In this document: positions 1 through 8,180 of the stretch, one piece after another
Position numbering within the stretch: position 1 is the first letter of the stretch
How the letters are laid out: every line of letters begins with the position of its first letter
Assembly: GCA_036703325.1 (NCBI GenBank)
Contig: DATNPI010000105.1
Coordinates: 1 to 45,055, forward strand
DNA: 45,055 bases
Origin: Coleofasciculaceae cyanobacterium
GTDB taxonomy: Bacteria; Cyanobacteriota; Cyanobacteriia; Cyanobacteriales; Coleofasciculaceae
Reading direction: 5' to 3'
Notes under the pieces: model-generated
Told to the model about the DNA's origin: nothing
What the model saw: only the letters and a program-made list of their open reading frames with translations
Databases searched by the model: none
Made by a program: the position numbers and the translations under genes

Positions 1-2162
1 CGTGCATCGAAGTCTTTCGGATTAATCGCGAGTACCCGCTCAAAGAGTTTGGTTGCCTCATCAAATTTCCTTTGACTAAAGCGAATTCCTCCTAGAGCCA
101 TCAGGGCACCCGTATTATCAGGCTGCCGTGCCAAAATTGCCTGGTACGATTGGGTTGCCAGTTCGATATCGCCCAACGCTTGAGCCAATTCTCCCTGCAC
201 GAAGTATGCCCCAATGTTGTCCGGATTGCGGGCAATTAATTGAGCTATCTCGTCTTTCGCTTTTTGGGGGTCTCGTGCTGCCAGCACCTGAAGCCGTCGC
301 AGTTGGATCGGCGTGTTATCTGGCTCGATCGCTAGCAAAGCATTGTACAGCGACTCCCGCTCAGGAGACGGGGGCAGAGTGCTGACGAGACTGAACAATT
401 CCGGCGGAGTATCGTTTGGCGATTGAGTCTGTAGCCAGCGGTTGAGGACAGCAGAGGCTTCCGCTTGGGTAATGCGCTTGGCTTGGTAGGCAATACTGGC
501 ACGTCCCAAGGCAGCGCGTAGATCGTTGGGATTGCGCTGGAGCAGTTGGTCATAAAGTGCGATCGCTTCGTCCACACGACCTTGCGCCACGCGAATTCCC
601 GCATACCCTCGCAGAGCACTATTGAGAAGCTCACCACTTGGGTTGCGCTCAATTAACGCCTGATACCGCTGGGCACTAGCCTCTAAGTTCCCTTGGCGAC
701 GCTCAATCTCTGCGATTAATAACTCCGGTGCCAGGTCAGACGAGCCTAGGGGCGTACTTCTGTAAGTTTCCAAAGCCCGCTTTGCCCCCTCCAGATCGTT
801 CCGCGCCAGCAACATCTGAGCGATGCGGAAATTCAAAAACGGCAAGTCTACGCCAGAAGACAGCAAACTTTGGTAAACGGGTAGCAGTGCCGGGTTGGGC
901 GGGTCGAGTTGCAACAAGGCTTGACCAATCGCTCGCAACTCACTCGGTTCACTCGGCAGAGGTTGAAGCGCCGAGAGCAAACGCTGCTCGAGGTCAGCTT
1001 GCGATATGCGACCCAGTTCATTTTCCAACACCAGCTGACGAGCCAACAGAGTCTTGTTATTCGGGTCGCGAGCGGTCAACTGTTGATAAAGCTCAAGCGC
1101 AGCGGCACGTTCAGACGGCAATTCACTCAGGACATCGGCAACTTCTCTGACCAAAGCCGGATTAAACTGTGACGTTGAGGCGAGTACCTGACGGTACAGA
1201 GTCGCGCCTTCCTGATAAAGGTCAGTTCTGCGCTCACGACGACCAATGGTTGTCAGCGCTCGCGCCAACGGCAACGCCGCCTCCTTTTTGCCTCGCAAGG
1301 GTTCTAGTACCGCCAAAGCTTCGGAGACTTGTTGATTGGCTTGATAGGCTTCGGCGAGAGCCGCTCGAATCTCGGTTTCCGTTCCAGGGAATTTTGGAGA
1401 TTGAGCAAGCGCCTGCCTCAGTACCTGTATCGCTTGACCGGGATTGCCTGTTTCTCGCAGTGCCCGCGCATAAGCCGGAATTTGATAGATGGGAATTGCT
1501 TTCCCCGTGGCTTGATAACGCTTAAATAGGGCAAGCCCTTGCTGAGCGTCCCCGCTGTAAGTGTAGATTTGGGCAGCACCGAGGAGTGTCTCTGGTGTGG
1601 GTTTTTGGAGGGCGGTTTGATAATCAGCAAACGCCTCGGTAAAACGCTGTTGGTAGCCCAACAGCAAACCCCGTTGAGCGCGGGCTTCAATATCATTCGG
1701 ATTCTGCTGTAACAACGTGTTTAGCGCCTCAATCCCTCGCACTTGCCACTCGGCTCGATAACCGCCTAGCAGTCCTACGGCTTTGAGGGCGGGTACGTTG
1801 TTGGGGGCTTGCTCTAGCACTCGTTGATAAGCGTTCCAGGCGTCGGCGTCTTTGCCTGCTTTTTGATAGGCTTGGGCGAGACCTAACTTGGCGTCTAAGG
1901 AGTTGGGAGAGCTGCGGAGGGCTTGTTGGAAGGCGGCGATCGCATCATTCACCAACCCTTGGTTTAGAAGTGATTGCGCCCGACGCACCGCAGCCGGAAC
2001 AGCTTGCGCTTGCGCTGCTGGCACTATTAAATCAGCTGGTCCAACCGTCAGTCCTCCTGCTAACCCTAAAACCATGAGGCAAGCTAAACCTCTCGACCAC
2101 CGGGAAGTCCGGGCGTATTGCAATACGCCCCTACGAATAGGAGAATACTCGCGTCTATTCAT
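1..2162 (-). CDS. TPR-repeat protein, BcsC-like N-terminal region (about 720 codons; 3' end lies beyond the window)
   Basis: It is absent from the ORF track because it has no stop inside the window. My reverse-strand translation from the ATG at 2162..2160 stays open to position 1. It begins MNRREYSPIRRGVLQYARTSRWSRGLACLMVLGLAGG (signal-like). Many TPR-like helix pairs follow (AIAAFQQALRSSPNSLDAKLGLAQAYQKAG; AIALYDQLLQRNPNDLRAALGRASIAYQ; ATQSYQAILARQPDNTGALMALGGIRF). The ATG overlaps the TGA of the upstream gene (ATGA at 2162..2159). Confidence 0.75.
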   Translation of the reverse strand, partial: MNRREYSPIRRGVLQYARTSRWSRGLACLMVLGLAGGLTVGPADLIVPAAQAQAVPAAVRRAQSLLNQGLVNDAIAAFQQALRSSPNSLDAKLGLAQAYQKAGKDADAWNAYQRVLEQAPNNVPALKAVGLLGGYRAEWQVRGIEALNTLLQQNPNDIEARAQRGLLLGYQQRFTEAFADYQTALQKPTPETLLGAAQIYTYSGDAQQGLALFKRYQATGKAIPIYQIPAYARALRETGNPGQAIQVLRQALAQSPKFPGTETEIRAALAEAYQANQQVSEALAVLEPLRGKKEAALPLARALTTIGRRERRTDLYQEGATLYRQVLASTSQFNPALVREVADVLSELPSERAAALELYQQLTARDPNNKTLLARQLVLENELGRISQADLEQRLLSALQPLPSEPSELRAIGQALLQLDPPNPALLPVYQSLLSSGVDLPFLNFRIAQMLLARNDLEGAKRALETYRSTPLGSSDLAPELLIAEIERRQGNLEASAQRYQALIERNPSGELLNSALRGYAGIRVAQGRVDEAIALYDQLLQRNPNDLRAALGRASIAYQAKRITQAEASAVLNRWLQTQSPNDTPPELFSLVSTLPPSPERESLYNALLAIEPDNTPIQLRRLQVLAARDPQKAKDEIAQLIARNPDNIGAYFVQGELAQALGDIELATQSYQAILARQPDNTGALMALGGIRFSQRKFDEATKLFERVLAINPKDFDA

Positions 2163-4300
2163 CGAAATAGCCTCCCAAGAAGATCCAACTCAGTTTTAAC
2201 CCGGAACCCAGCAACGAAATCTGAGAACTGCTCTCGTGCTTGCAGTGTCACACCCGCCCGGAGGTTGGGTGAAATCAGGAAATCATAGAATAACTCCCAC
2301 ACATCGGGCACTTTCGCCTTAGTGGTGCTACGTAGGTCATCGTTAGACAAATCTCGACCATAGCCGAACCCAAGTCGATCGTCCTTCATAAACAGATCCA
2401 AGAAGTTCAGTCCCAGGCTGTAGGTATCGCCTCCCTTATCCAGTGAGGTATTTTCGTAGCGACCATAGCGACCAAACAGTCCCATCTTGATTTCTGGAAT
2501 AAAGTATTCCGCATTGATGCCGTAGGCGTTTTCGCGGTCAGATGACCGTATCCCAAAGTCACCTCTATCGCGAGGAAGTCCGTAAATTTCCCTGAATCCA
2601 TTGTTTCGCCCAGCATCTCGATTCGAGGCGAATGTACCACGAACGATCGCATTACCAGCCCGGAACGCCAGTTCACCCGCATACCCATCTAGGGCAAAAT
2701 CGCCAAGGTTCCGATGCGAAGAAAAGGCGGCGGCTCTAGCCTGGAGATTGTCCGTTATATCCCAGTTAAAAAGAATCCCTGGACGGGAAGCAATTCCTGC
2801 GGCGGCGAGAGCGGGATTCGTCTGAAACACGGAGTTAAAGAAATGAGTCTCCACATCCTTCGCGAAGCTATTGCGGTCAAAATAAGAGGTCAAATCGATT
2901 AGACCGACTGTCATGCGGAGATTGGGCATGCTGGGAAGAGAGCCTGTAAAATACAGCTCATTCAACTGAAGCTGCAATCCCCCTCCCGGCGCGTTGGCAA
3001 AAATATCTCCCGTTGTGAGATCGAGGGTGCCACCAACCAGAGCATTGGTAGAAAATGGATAAATTCCCGTCAACCGCGCCCGCGCCGATGACTCATCCTG
3101 ATAGACATACGCTCCTTGTAACCTGAGCGTGGGAGCCAATGGATTGATTTGCTGTCGGGCGTTCTCAGAGGGTGATGAGTCTTGTCTGTTCTCAAAAGAC
3201 GATTGCGCCTGAATAGTGCCCCCAAGCAGAGACGCTCCACCGGAACCTTTGTGAACCGCAGACCCTTCCTCCGTCGAAGTCGGGGTTTTGGCAGACCTAA
3301 CCGTGGTGGGTTCGTTTCCTACAGTCAATTGAGCTGGCTGATTGCGCTCAACCGAGTTAAGTGCAGGAGCCGGATTAGTCGGTGAGGACGTGTTAGCAGG
3401 AGGGGTCGCGGTTGGTTGCTCTCCTGCCGGAGCTTGAGCCAAAAGGTTGCCAGTGTCAGGAGTTGTCTGGGTTGGTACAGAAGATGACGCCTTGTCAGAA
3501 ATTTCCGCTTTTTCTGTCGCCGCTGTTGTTGGTTGTACTTGAGCGAGTATAGGTGGCTCAATTTTCAATTCAGTAGAGAGGTTCCGGCTGAACGTTTCTA
3601 CTGGAAGCGGGATTTTAGGCGTAAAAGCAGGGAGCTGAACAGTAGAACGCTCAATAGGAGACGAATCTGCCTGCCGTGACTGACTTGTACAGATGCGATG
3701 AATTTCCTCTGTCCCTTCTGGCTGTGCGTCATCTTTTTTACATAACTCTTGAGGCTCCGAGGGAGAAGCCGTAGTGGTGTAAAAAGTGCCAGCTTTTGAA
3801 TCTAGTGCCTCTTTTGGCTCCAAAACCTTGAGTTTCTGCTGAGCGATCGTATATTCGCTTGTTTTGCTGTCGGTAGGAGTCTTTTCGTCTTCCTCTGCTG
3901 TCTGGGAGGATTGCCCCTTAACAAGATCCTGATGGGAGCTTACGGGATGAGTATATTCACTAGAGCGGGAATTGTCAGGGAACGCTTGTTCTTCTCCAAC
4001 AGTCTGAGCCAGGGGACTGGCAGCTTGCTCGTTCACGTTAGCTTGGACGGGTTTTGTGCTCAGGATGGCACCAACAGAAAAGATTGATAGCCATCCAGCT
4101 GAAACCGCTCCAAAGGATAACAGGTAACTCAGCAAAATAGACCGCCCTAAGGCGCTCATTGTTCGCTTATCAGTATCACTAGATTTTTGATTTATGTCTC
4201 TCATGAGCACCACAGTTGCATCTTGGCGTATTTGGGTAGCAAAACTGTCGATAATTTCCTTTTCCAATGTCTGAAGAAAACCTCCGGAAATTTCTCGCAA
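2159..4300 (-). CDS. Outer-membrane beta-barrel protein with an OprB/carbohydrate-porin-like C-terminal domain and a long low-complexity N-terminal region
   Basis: This is a 713-aa track ORF. The C-terminal ~330 aa show alternating beta-strand patterns resembling cyanobacterial OprB-type porins (LRLQGAYVYQDESSARARLTGIY, YGINAEYFIPEIKMGLFGRYGRYE, TYSLGLNFLDLF, VAGFRVKTELDL). Residues ~90-380 are P/T/S/Q/E-rich low complexity. The track start is TTG (4300). ATG at 4204, or at 4159 (MSALGRSILLSYLLSFGAVSAGW, signal-like), is a more likely start. Confidence 0.65.
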   Translation of the reverse strand: MREISGGFLQTLEKEIIDSFATQIRQDATVVLMRDINQKSSDTDKRTMSALGRSILLSYLLSFGAVSAGWLSIFSVGAILSTKPVQANVNEQAASPLAQTVGEEQAFPDNSRSSEYTHPVSSHQDLVKGQSSQTAEEDEKTPTDSKTSEYTIAQQKLKVLEPKEALDSKAGTFYTTTASPSEPQELCKKDDAQPEGTEEIHRICTSQSRQADSSPIERSTVQLPAFTPKIPLPVETFSRNLSTELKIEPPILAQVQPTTAATEKAEISDKASSSVPTQTTPDTGNLLAQAPAGEQPTATPPANTSSPTNPAPALNSVERNQPAQLTVGNEPTTVRSAKTPTSTEEGSAVHKGSGGASLLGGTIQAQSSFENRQDSSPSENARQQINPLAPTLRLQGAYVYQDESSARARLTGIYPFSTNALVGGTLDLTTGDIFANAPGGGLQLQLNELYFTGSLPSMPNLRMTVGLIDLTSYFDRNSFAKDVETHFFNSVFQTNPALAAAGIASRPGILFNWDITDNLQARAAAFSSHRNLGDFALDGYAGELAFRAGNAIVRGTFASNRDAGRNNGFREIYGLPRDRGDFGIRSSDRENAYGINAEYFIPEIKMGLFGRYGRYENTSLDKGGDTYSLGLNFLDLFMKDDRLGFGYGRDLSNDDLRSTTKAKVPDVWELFYDFLISPNLRAGVTLQAREQFSDFVAGFRVKTELDLLGRLFR

Positions 4301-5455
4301 TTGTGGTTAATTATCAAATTTATAACTTTAGACATTTCAAAAAATAAAATGTTCCAGTTGACAGGTTTTAATCAGATATGAACCTATCTTTTGGTTTTTT
4401 TTGCCTGTGTGTTTTTATTTGTGAAAGGTGGGATATCCAGCATGAATTAATCAGCCAGTTTATCCAACGTGAACCAATGTGCTGAGTTTGAGGGCAATAA
4501 TTCCCAAAAAAAACAGGCTGACTTAGGTACTGATTCGTCGCTCTGTATGTCCCGAAATATTCCGGTTTTACAGAGTTGTTAACGTCTATTCATCTAACTA
4601 AGTTCTCTAGATAGACAGCCATCCTGTCTCTAGTTGTCAGGCGGATAATCACCCTGAGCCTACCTGATCATAGGATGTGCTATTTCTACTAAATCCTAAG
4701 CGCCACCTTGTCTGTTTTTGACAGCTCTTTCAAGCGATTCTAGGCTTAGTCAATAAAAAATGCAGCTCTTTACCTTTTTAACCTGATATCATCAAGAAAT
4801 GATGAAGATGTGCTATATAATTATAAAAAATACATAAAAGTTATGTATTTTTTTTGAAGAGTGCTGATGGCTTAACAGGTGCAATGAAGAGTATTTACAG
4901 GAATCCTGTGTAAAGGCTAGAGGAATCTCTTTTACACTCGGAAAAAAGTTGAGCCATCAAATCAAACGAAATCCGCTAAGACCGAATTTATATTCTTGTC
5001 CGAAATTCATAGTCTGTTGACTTCCTCTTAGGAGATTAGCAGAGATTTTTCTGGCTTCAAAAAACTCCGGCTAAACAGCTTTCCGTCGTGCGGTTACGTT
5101 GATACACTTAGACTCTCCCACAAAGGTAATTGGCTCAACCTTGGTAGACCAATCCTAACCGATGATGTCATCAGGCTCAGCGTGGGATTGACCGAATATC
5201 TTTGCTAGCGCATCATAGATTCAGGCGCTTCTGTATCATTGGCCTTGTGTAACTTAGTCAGATAGTGGGTGTCTTTACCTCGCGCTTGTTGGTCAACTTT
5301 TCCACTCTTGTCTATCTTTTTGGTCTTACGCAAAAAGACTTTTAATGGTTTTGTCAGACAGCTTCTATCGTCAATAAAGACGTTAGTCTGTGCGAATGGT
5401 AGCTTTTATCTAGCGGCTTTGTCACTCAGCTTGTCAATCAATTCAGCTATCTTCC

Positions 5456-6268
5456 ATGCTAATTTTGTCTTGCCCTCTCTTCCGAAAGAAACGACTAACC
5501 AATCCAGGTTTATATCCTTATCCTTTTAGAGGGTTAGCTAGCATCGGTCTACTGTTAATTTTGAATACTGGATGCTCCCAGTTGCCGTTAACAGTACGGC
5601 AGTTACCATCTCTCGTTCCAGGTTTATCCACTGACGCGAATTTTCAGCTCCGCGTGACACCATCAGGACGTTCGGGGGTTTACACGGTAGTAGGGAGCAC
5701 TAATCTTCCAGACGAGAGTCGCATCACGGTAGCGGCTATTCGCTCTCTGCGCCTTGATAAAGAGCGAACTAAAAGCGTTAGTCCCAATCAAACCTATTCA
5801 ATTTTGGCCTATCAAGATGTCAAGGTAAATCAAGGAAAATGGCAGACTACCATGAACCTCTGGAAAGTTGCACCAGATGGTCAGTTTAAAGAAGCTTGGC
5901 AAATAGAGCAATCTAAACTAGGACTCTCGCTAGAGCCAGAAACTGAGGTGACTTTCCTCGCCACAGTGGCTCCCACCGATTCGTTGACGAAACTAGAATC
6001 TCTGTTACAAAAGCAGGGCATAAAGCTTGCCAGTAACCTTGTTCGCAATACATTCGACGGTGAACGGTATGTCCAAGTCAGTCAAAATCTGCCCATTGCC
6101 TTACCCTCTGGTCAAACCACACCACCCCCACAACGACCTGAAGACCTTAATGGTGGCTGGGGTCCTCGGTACCTGCTTATACCAGAACCACCGAATACTA
6201 ATAACTTCGAAAAGCCAACTAAACGCCGAACGACGGCCCCGCTTTCACCCGCTGAGTCGTTGCAATAG
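5456..6268 (+). CDS. Hypothetical lipoprotein
   Basis: This is a 270-aa ORF. A hydrophobic segment ends in a lipobox-like LNTGC (SIGLLLILNTGCSQ). I recognise no catalytic motif. Confidence 0.5.
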   Translation: MLILSCPLFRKKRLTNPGLYPYPFRGLASIGLLLILNTGCSQLPLTVRQLPSLVPGLSTDANFQLRVTPSGRSGVYTVVGSTNLPDESRITVAAIRSLRLDKERTKSVSPNQTYSILAYQDVKVNQGKWQTTMNLWKVAPDGQFKEAWQIEQSKLGLSLEPETEVTFLATVAPTDSLTKLESLLQKQGIKLASNLVRNTFDGERYVQVSQNLPIALPSGQTTPPPQRPEDLNGGWGPRYLLIPEPPNTNNFEKPTKRRTTAPLSPAESLQ

Positions 6269-6420
6269 GAATTTGCCTGACTCTTTTAAATGAGCAGGGG
6301 AACAGAAGTTCCGAAAGAATGAGCCTGACTAGCCACAGCGACTGACGTGGTTCTACATTCCTTTTAAGCGACGTTTGGCTTAGCACAGTTTTCTGTTCCG
6401 TTGCTCATTACACCCCATCT

Positions 6421-6540
6421 CAATACTGCTCGGTTAGGAAGGTAGGGGAGATGAGGGAGATAGGGGAGAAAACTTCCCAATCTTCCTCACCTTCCTCACC
6501 TCCCCCATCTTCACTATCTGCTCTTAACCGAGAAGTATTG
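6421..6540. mobile_element. MITE-like 120-bp palindromic element flanked by a 10-bp direct duplication
   Basis: The termini CAATACTGCTCGGTTAGGA (6421-6439) and TCTTAACCGAGAAGTATTG (6522-6540) are inverted repeats matching at 17 of 19 positions. The interior has a purine-rich arm (GGTAGGGGAGATGAGGGAGATAGGGGAG) facing a pyrimidine-rich arm (CTCACCTTCCTCACCTCCCCCATCTTCAC). An identical CACCCCATCT lies at 6411-6420 and at 6541-6550. Confidence 0.55.
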
Positions 6541-6560
6541 CACCCCATCTAGTGAAATCA

Positions 6561-6613
6561 AGAAACCGTAAAGTTACGTAGACAATAAAGTAAAGAAACC
6601 GTAAAGTGACGTA
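6561..6613 (+). repeat. Two 20-bp direct repeats AGAAACCGTAAAGT(T/G)ACGTA upstream of the GT26 gene
   Basis: The copies lie at 6561-6580 and 6594-6613 and match at 19 of 20 positions. The period is 33 bp, about three helical turns. They sit ~140 bp upstream of the ATG at 6750. Confidence 0.35.
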
Positions 6614-6749
6614 TTTTCATTTGCAAGACAACTGTATAAATTCGTATATTCTAGGCAGCCGTTAAATAAGCGAAACAGGTTCTCTGACTTGGATTAGGGG
6701 GTTTACCTATAAAAAGTCTCAGGAATATATAAACGTAGGATTAAGCCAC

Positions 6750-7559
6750 ATGAACAAAGTCAAACTCCTAAATGTGACCATTGACAACTTGTCACAGTTA
6801 GAGTTTTTAGAAAAATTCAGTAGTGGAATTGTGTTCACGCCTAACGTTGATCATCTAATGAAATTACAAGATGATCAAGAATTTCTTAATGCTTATAATT
6901 ATGCTACGTATAGATTGTGTGACAGCAAAATCCTCTTTTATGTATCTAGATTTTTAGGAGTACCTGTCAAAGAAAAAATTTCTGGTTCCGACCTTTTTCC
7001 GGCGTTTTATAATCACCACAAAAACAATGAAGATGTCAAGATTTTTCTTTTGGGAGCTCGCGAAGGAGTAGCTCTTGAAGCTCAAAGAAAGATAAATTTA
7101 AAAGTTGGGAGACCAATTGTCGTAGGTGCCCATTCTCCGTCTTTTGGATTTGAAAAAGATGAGGAAGAATGCTTGAAAATACTTGATCTGATTAACCAGT
7201 CAGGAGCCACAGTCCTGGCAGTAGGGGTTGGGGCACCCAAACAAGAACTATTTATATGCAAGTACAAAGATAAACTTCCCAACATCAAGATTTTCCTAGC
7301 CATCGGTGCGACTCTTGATTTTGAAGCAGGCAATATCAAGAGAGCCCCAAAGTGGATAAGTGAGCTAGGGATGGAATGGTTGTATAGATTGTTAGCTGAG
7401 CCAAGAAGGTTATGGAAAAGGTACCTAGTGCATGGTCCTTCTTTCTTTTGGCTAGTTTTAAAGCAAAAATTCAATCTTTATGTAGATCCATTTAGTACAG
7501 AATCTTCCGTTCATTATGATGGTGTCCCTGGCGACAAGATGATTGAGACACTTGAGTAG
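6750..7559 (+). CDS. WecB/TagA/CpsF-family (GT26) glycosyltransferase
   Basis: This is a 269-aa ORF with family-typical blocks: FTPNVDHLM, IFLLGAREGVALEA, VGVGAPKQELFI, IGATLDFEAGNIKRAPKWISELGMEWLYRLLAEPRRLWKRYL. Confidence 0.85.
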   Translation: MNKVKLLNVTIDNLSQLEFLEKFSSGIVFTPNVDHLMKLQDDQEFLNAYNYATYRLCDSKILFYVSRFLGVPVKEKISGSDLFPAFYNHHKNNEDVKIFLLGAREGVALEAQRKINLKVGRPIVVGAHSPSFGFEKDEEECLKILDLINQSGATVLAVGVGAPKQELFICKYKDKLPNIKIFLAIGATLDFEAGNIKRAPKWISELGMEWLYRLLAEPRRLWKRYLVHGPSFFWLVLKQKFNLYVDPFSTESSVHYDGVPGDKMIETLE

Positions 7560-7578
7560 TAATACCAGGTCACTAAAT

Positions 7579-7605
7579 CCCTGCTAGAGATAAAGCGGGG
7601 TTTTT
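7579..7605 (+). terminator. Putative intrinsic terminator of the GT26 gene
   Basis: The stem CCCTGCT (7579-7585) / AGCGGGG (7594-7600) includes one G-U pair. TTTTT follows at 7601-7605, 20 bp past the stop codon. Confidence 0.45.
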
Positions 7606-7976
7606 GCTAATGGCTCAAAGTTAATGGCTAACAGCTTATTGTCAATTAGCAATTAGCAGCCATTGATGTGTAGTACTTTTAAAGTGAACTGGTATAAATC
7701 ACAGAGATTTTGAACTATTTACAAAAGGCGGTAATTTATCCAACGTCTTTAGACGCTGGGATGAATCGCCGTCCTCTACATATATATTCCTGATACATTT
7801 ACATAGATTCGCGATTCATCTGTAGTTATAGGCGCAAGCCTTAACGGGAGATGAATCATGCTCAAAGACTGCCACACTTTTTACCAATTTGAGAGACTAT
7901 GGAGAGTGATCTTAAGAATCTACCGCTATAACGTGCAGCGTTATAGCGGTAGAGAGCATGTCAAGGCTGAAGTGTA

Positions 7977-8168
7977 AAGGATGAAGGATGAAACAACCCC
8001 ATGAATAAATTCAGGGGCTTGAAATAAGGACGTGCCAATTAGAGAGCGACGCCGTAGAGACGTGCCACAGCACGTCTCGACAAGTAATTGGATGTTTATT
8101 TGTCTTGCCCCTAAATTTATGAAAGGTGCAAGAGACAATTACTTAAAGTACTTTCATCCTTCATCCTT
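7977..8168. repeat. Inverted-repeat (MITE-like) element of the GAAGGATGAA family
   Basis: AAGGATGAAGGATGAAA (7977-7993) is the exact reverse complement of TTTCATCCTTCATCCTT (8152-8168). A central perfect hairpin GAGACGTGC-CACA-GCACGTCTC lies at 8057-8078. A separate 14-bp perfect hairpin lies just upstream (7920-7933 / 7939-7952). Confidence 0.5.
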
Positions 8169-8180
8169 CATACTTTTTGG

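Noticed and set aside
128-2199. Several 60-140-aa track ORFs on both strands (128..385, 332..652, 728..1150, 909..1172, 1169..1525, 1329..1529, 1418..1696, 1888..2199)
   Set aside because: All lie inside, and out of frame with or antisense to, the long TPR-protein reading frame. That frame is open over the whole 1..2162 interval and has clear repeat architecture.
7740-7860. Three copies of GATGAATC/GATTCATC and the related strings TTAGACGCTGGGATGAATC and TTAACGGGAGATGAATC
   Set aside because: They are probably fragments of dispersed cyanobacterial short repeats in a repeat-dense spacer. They are too degenerate for me to define a unit or a function.
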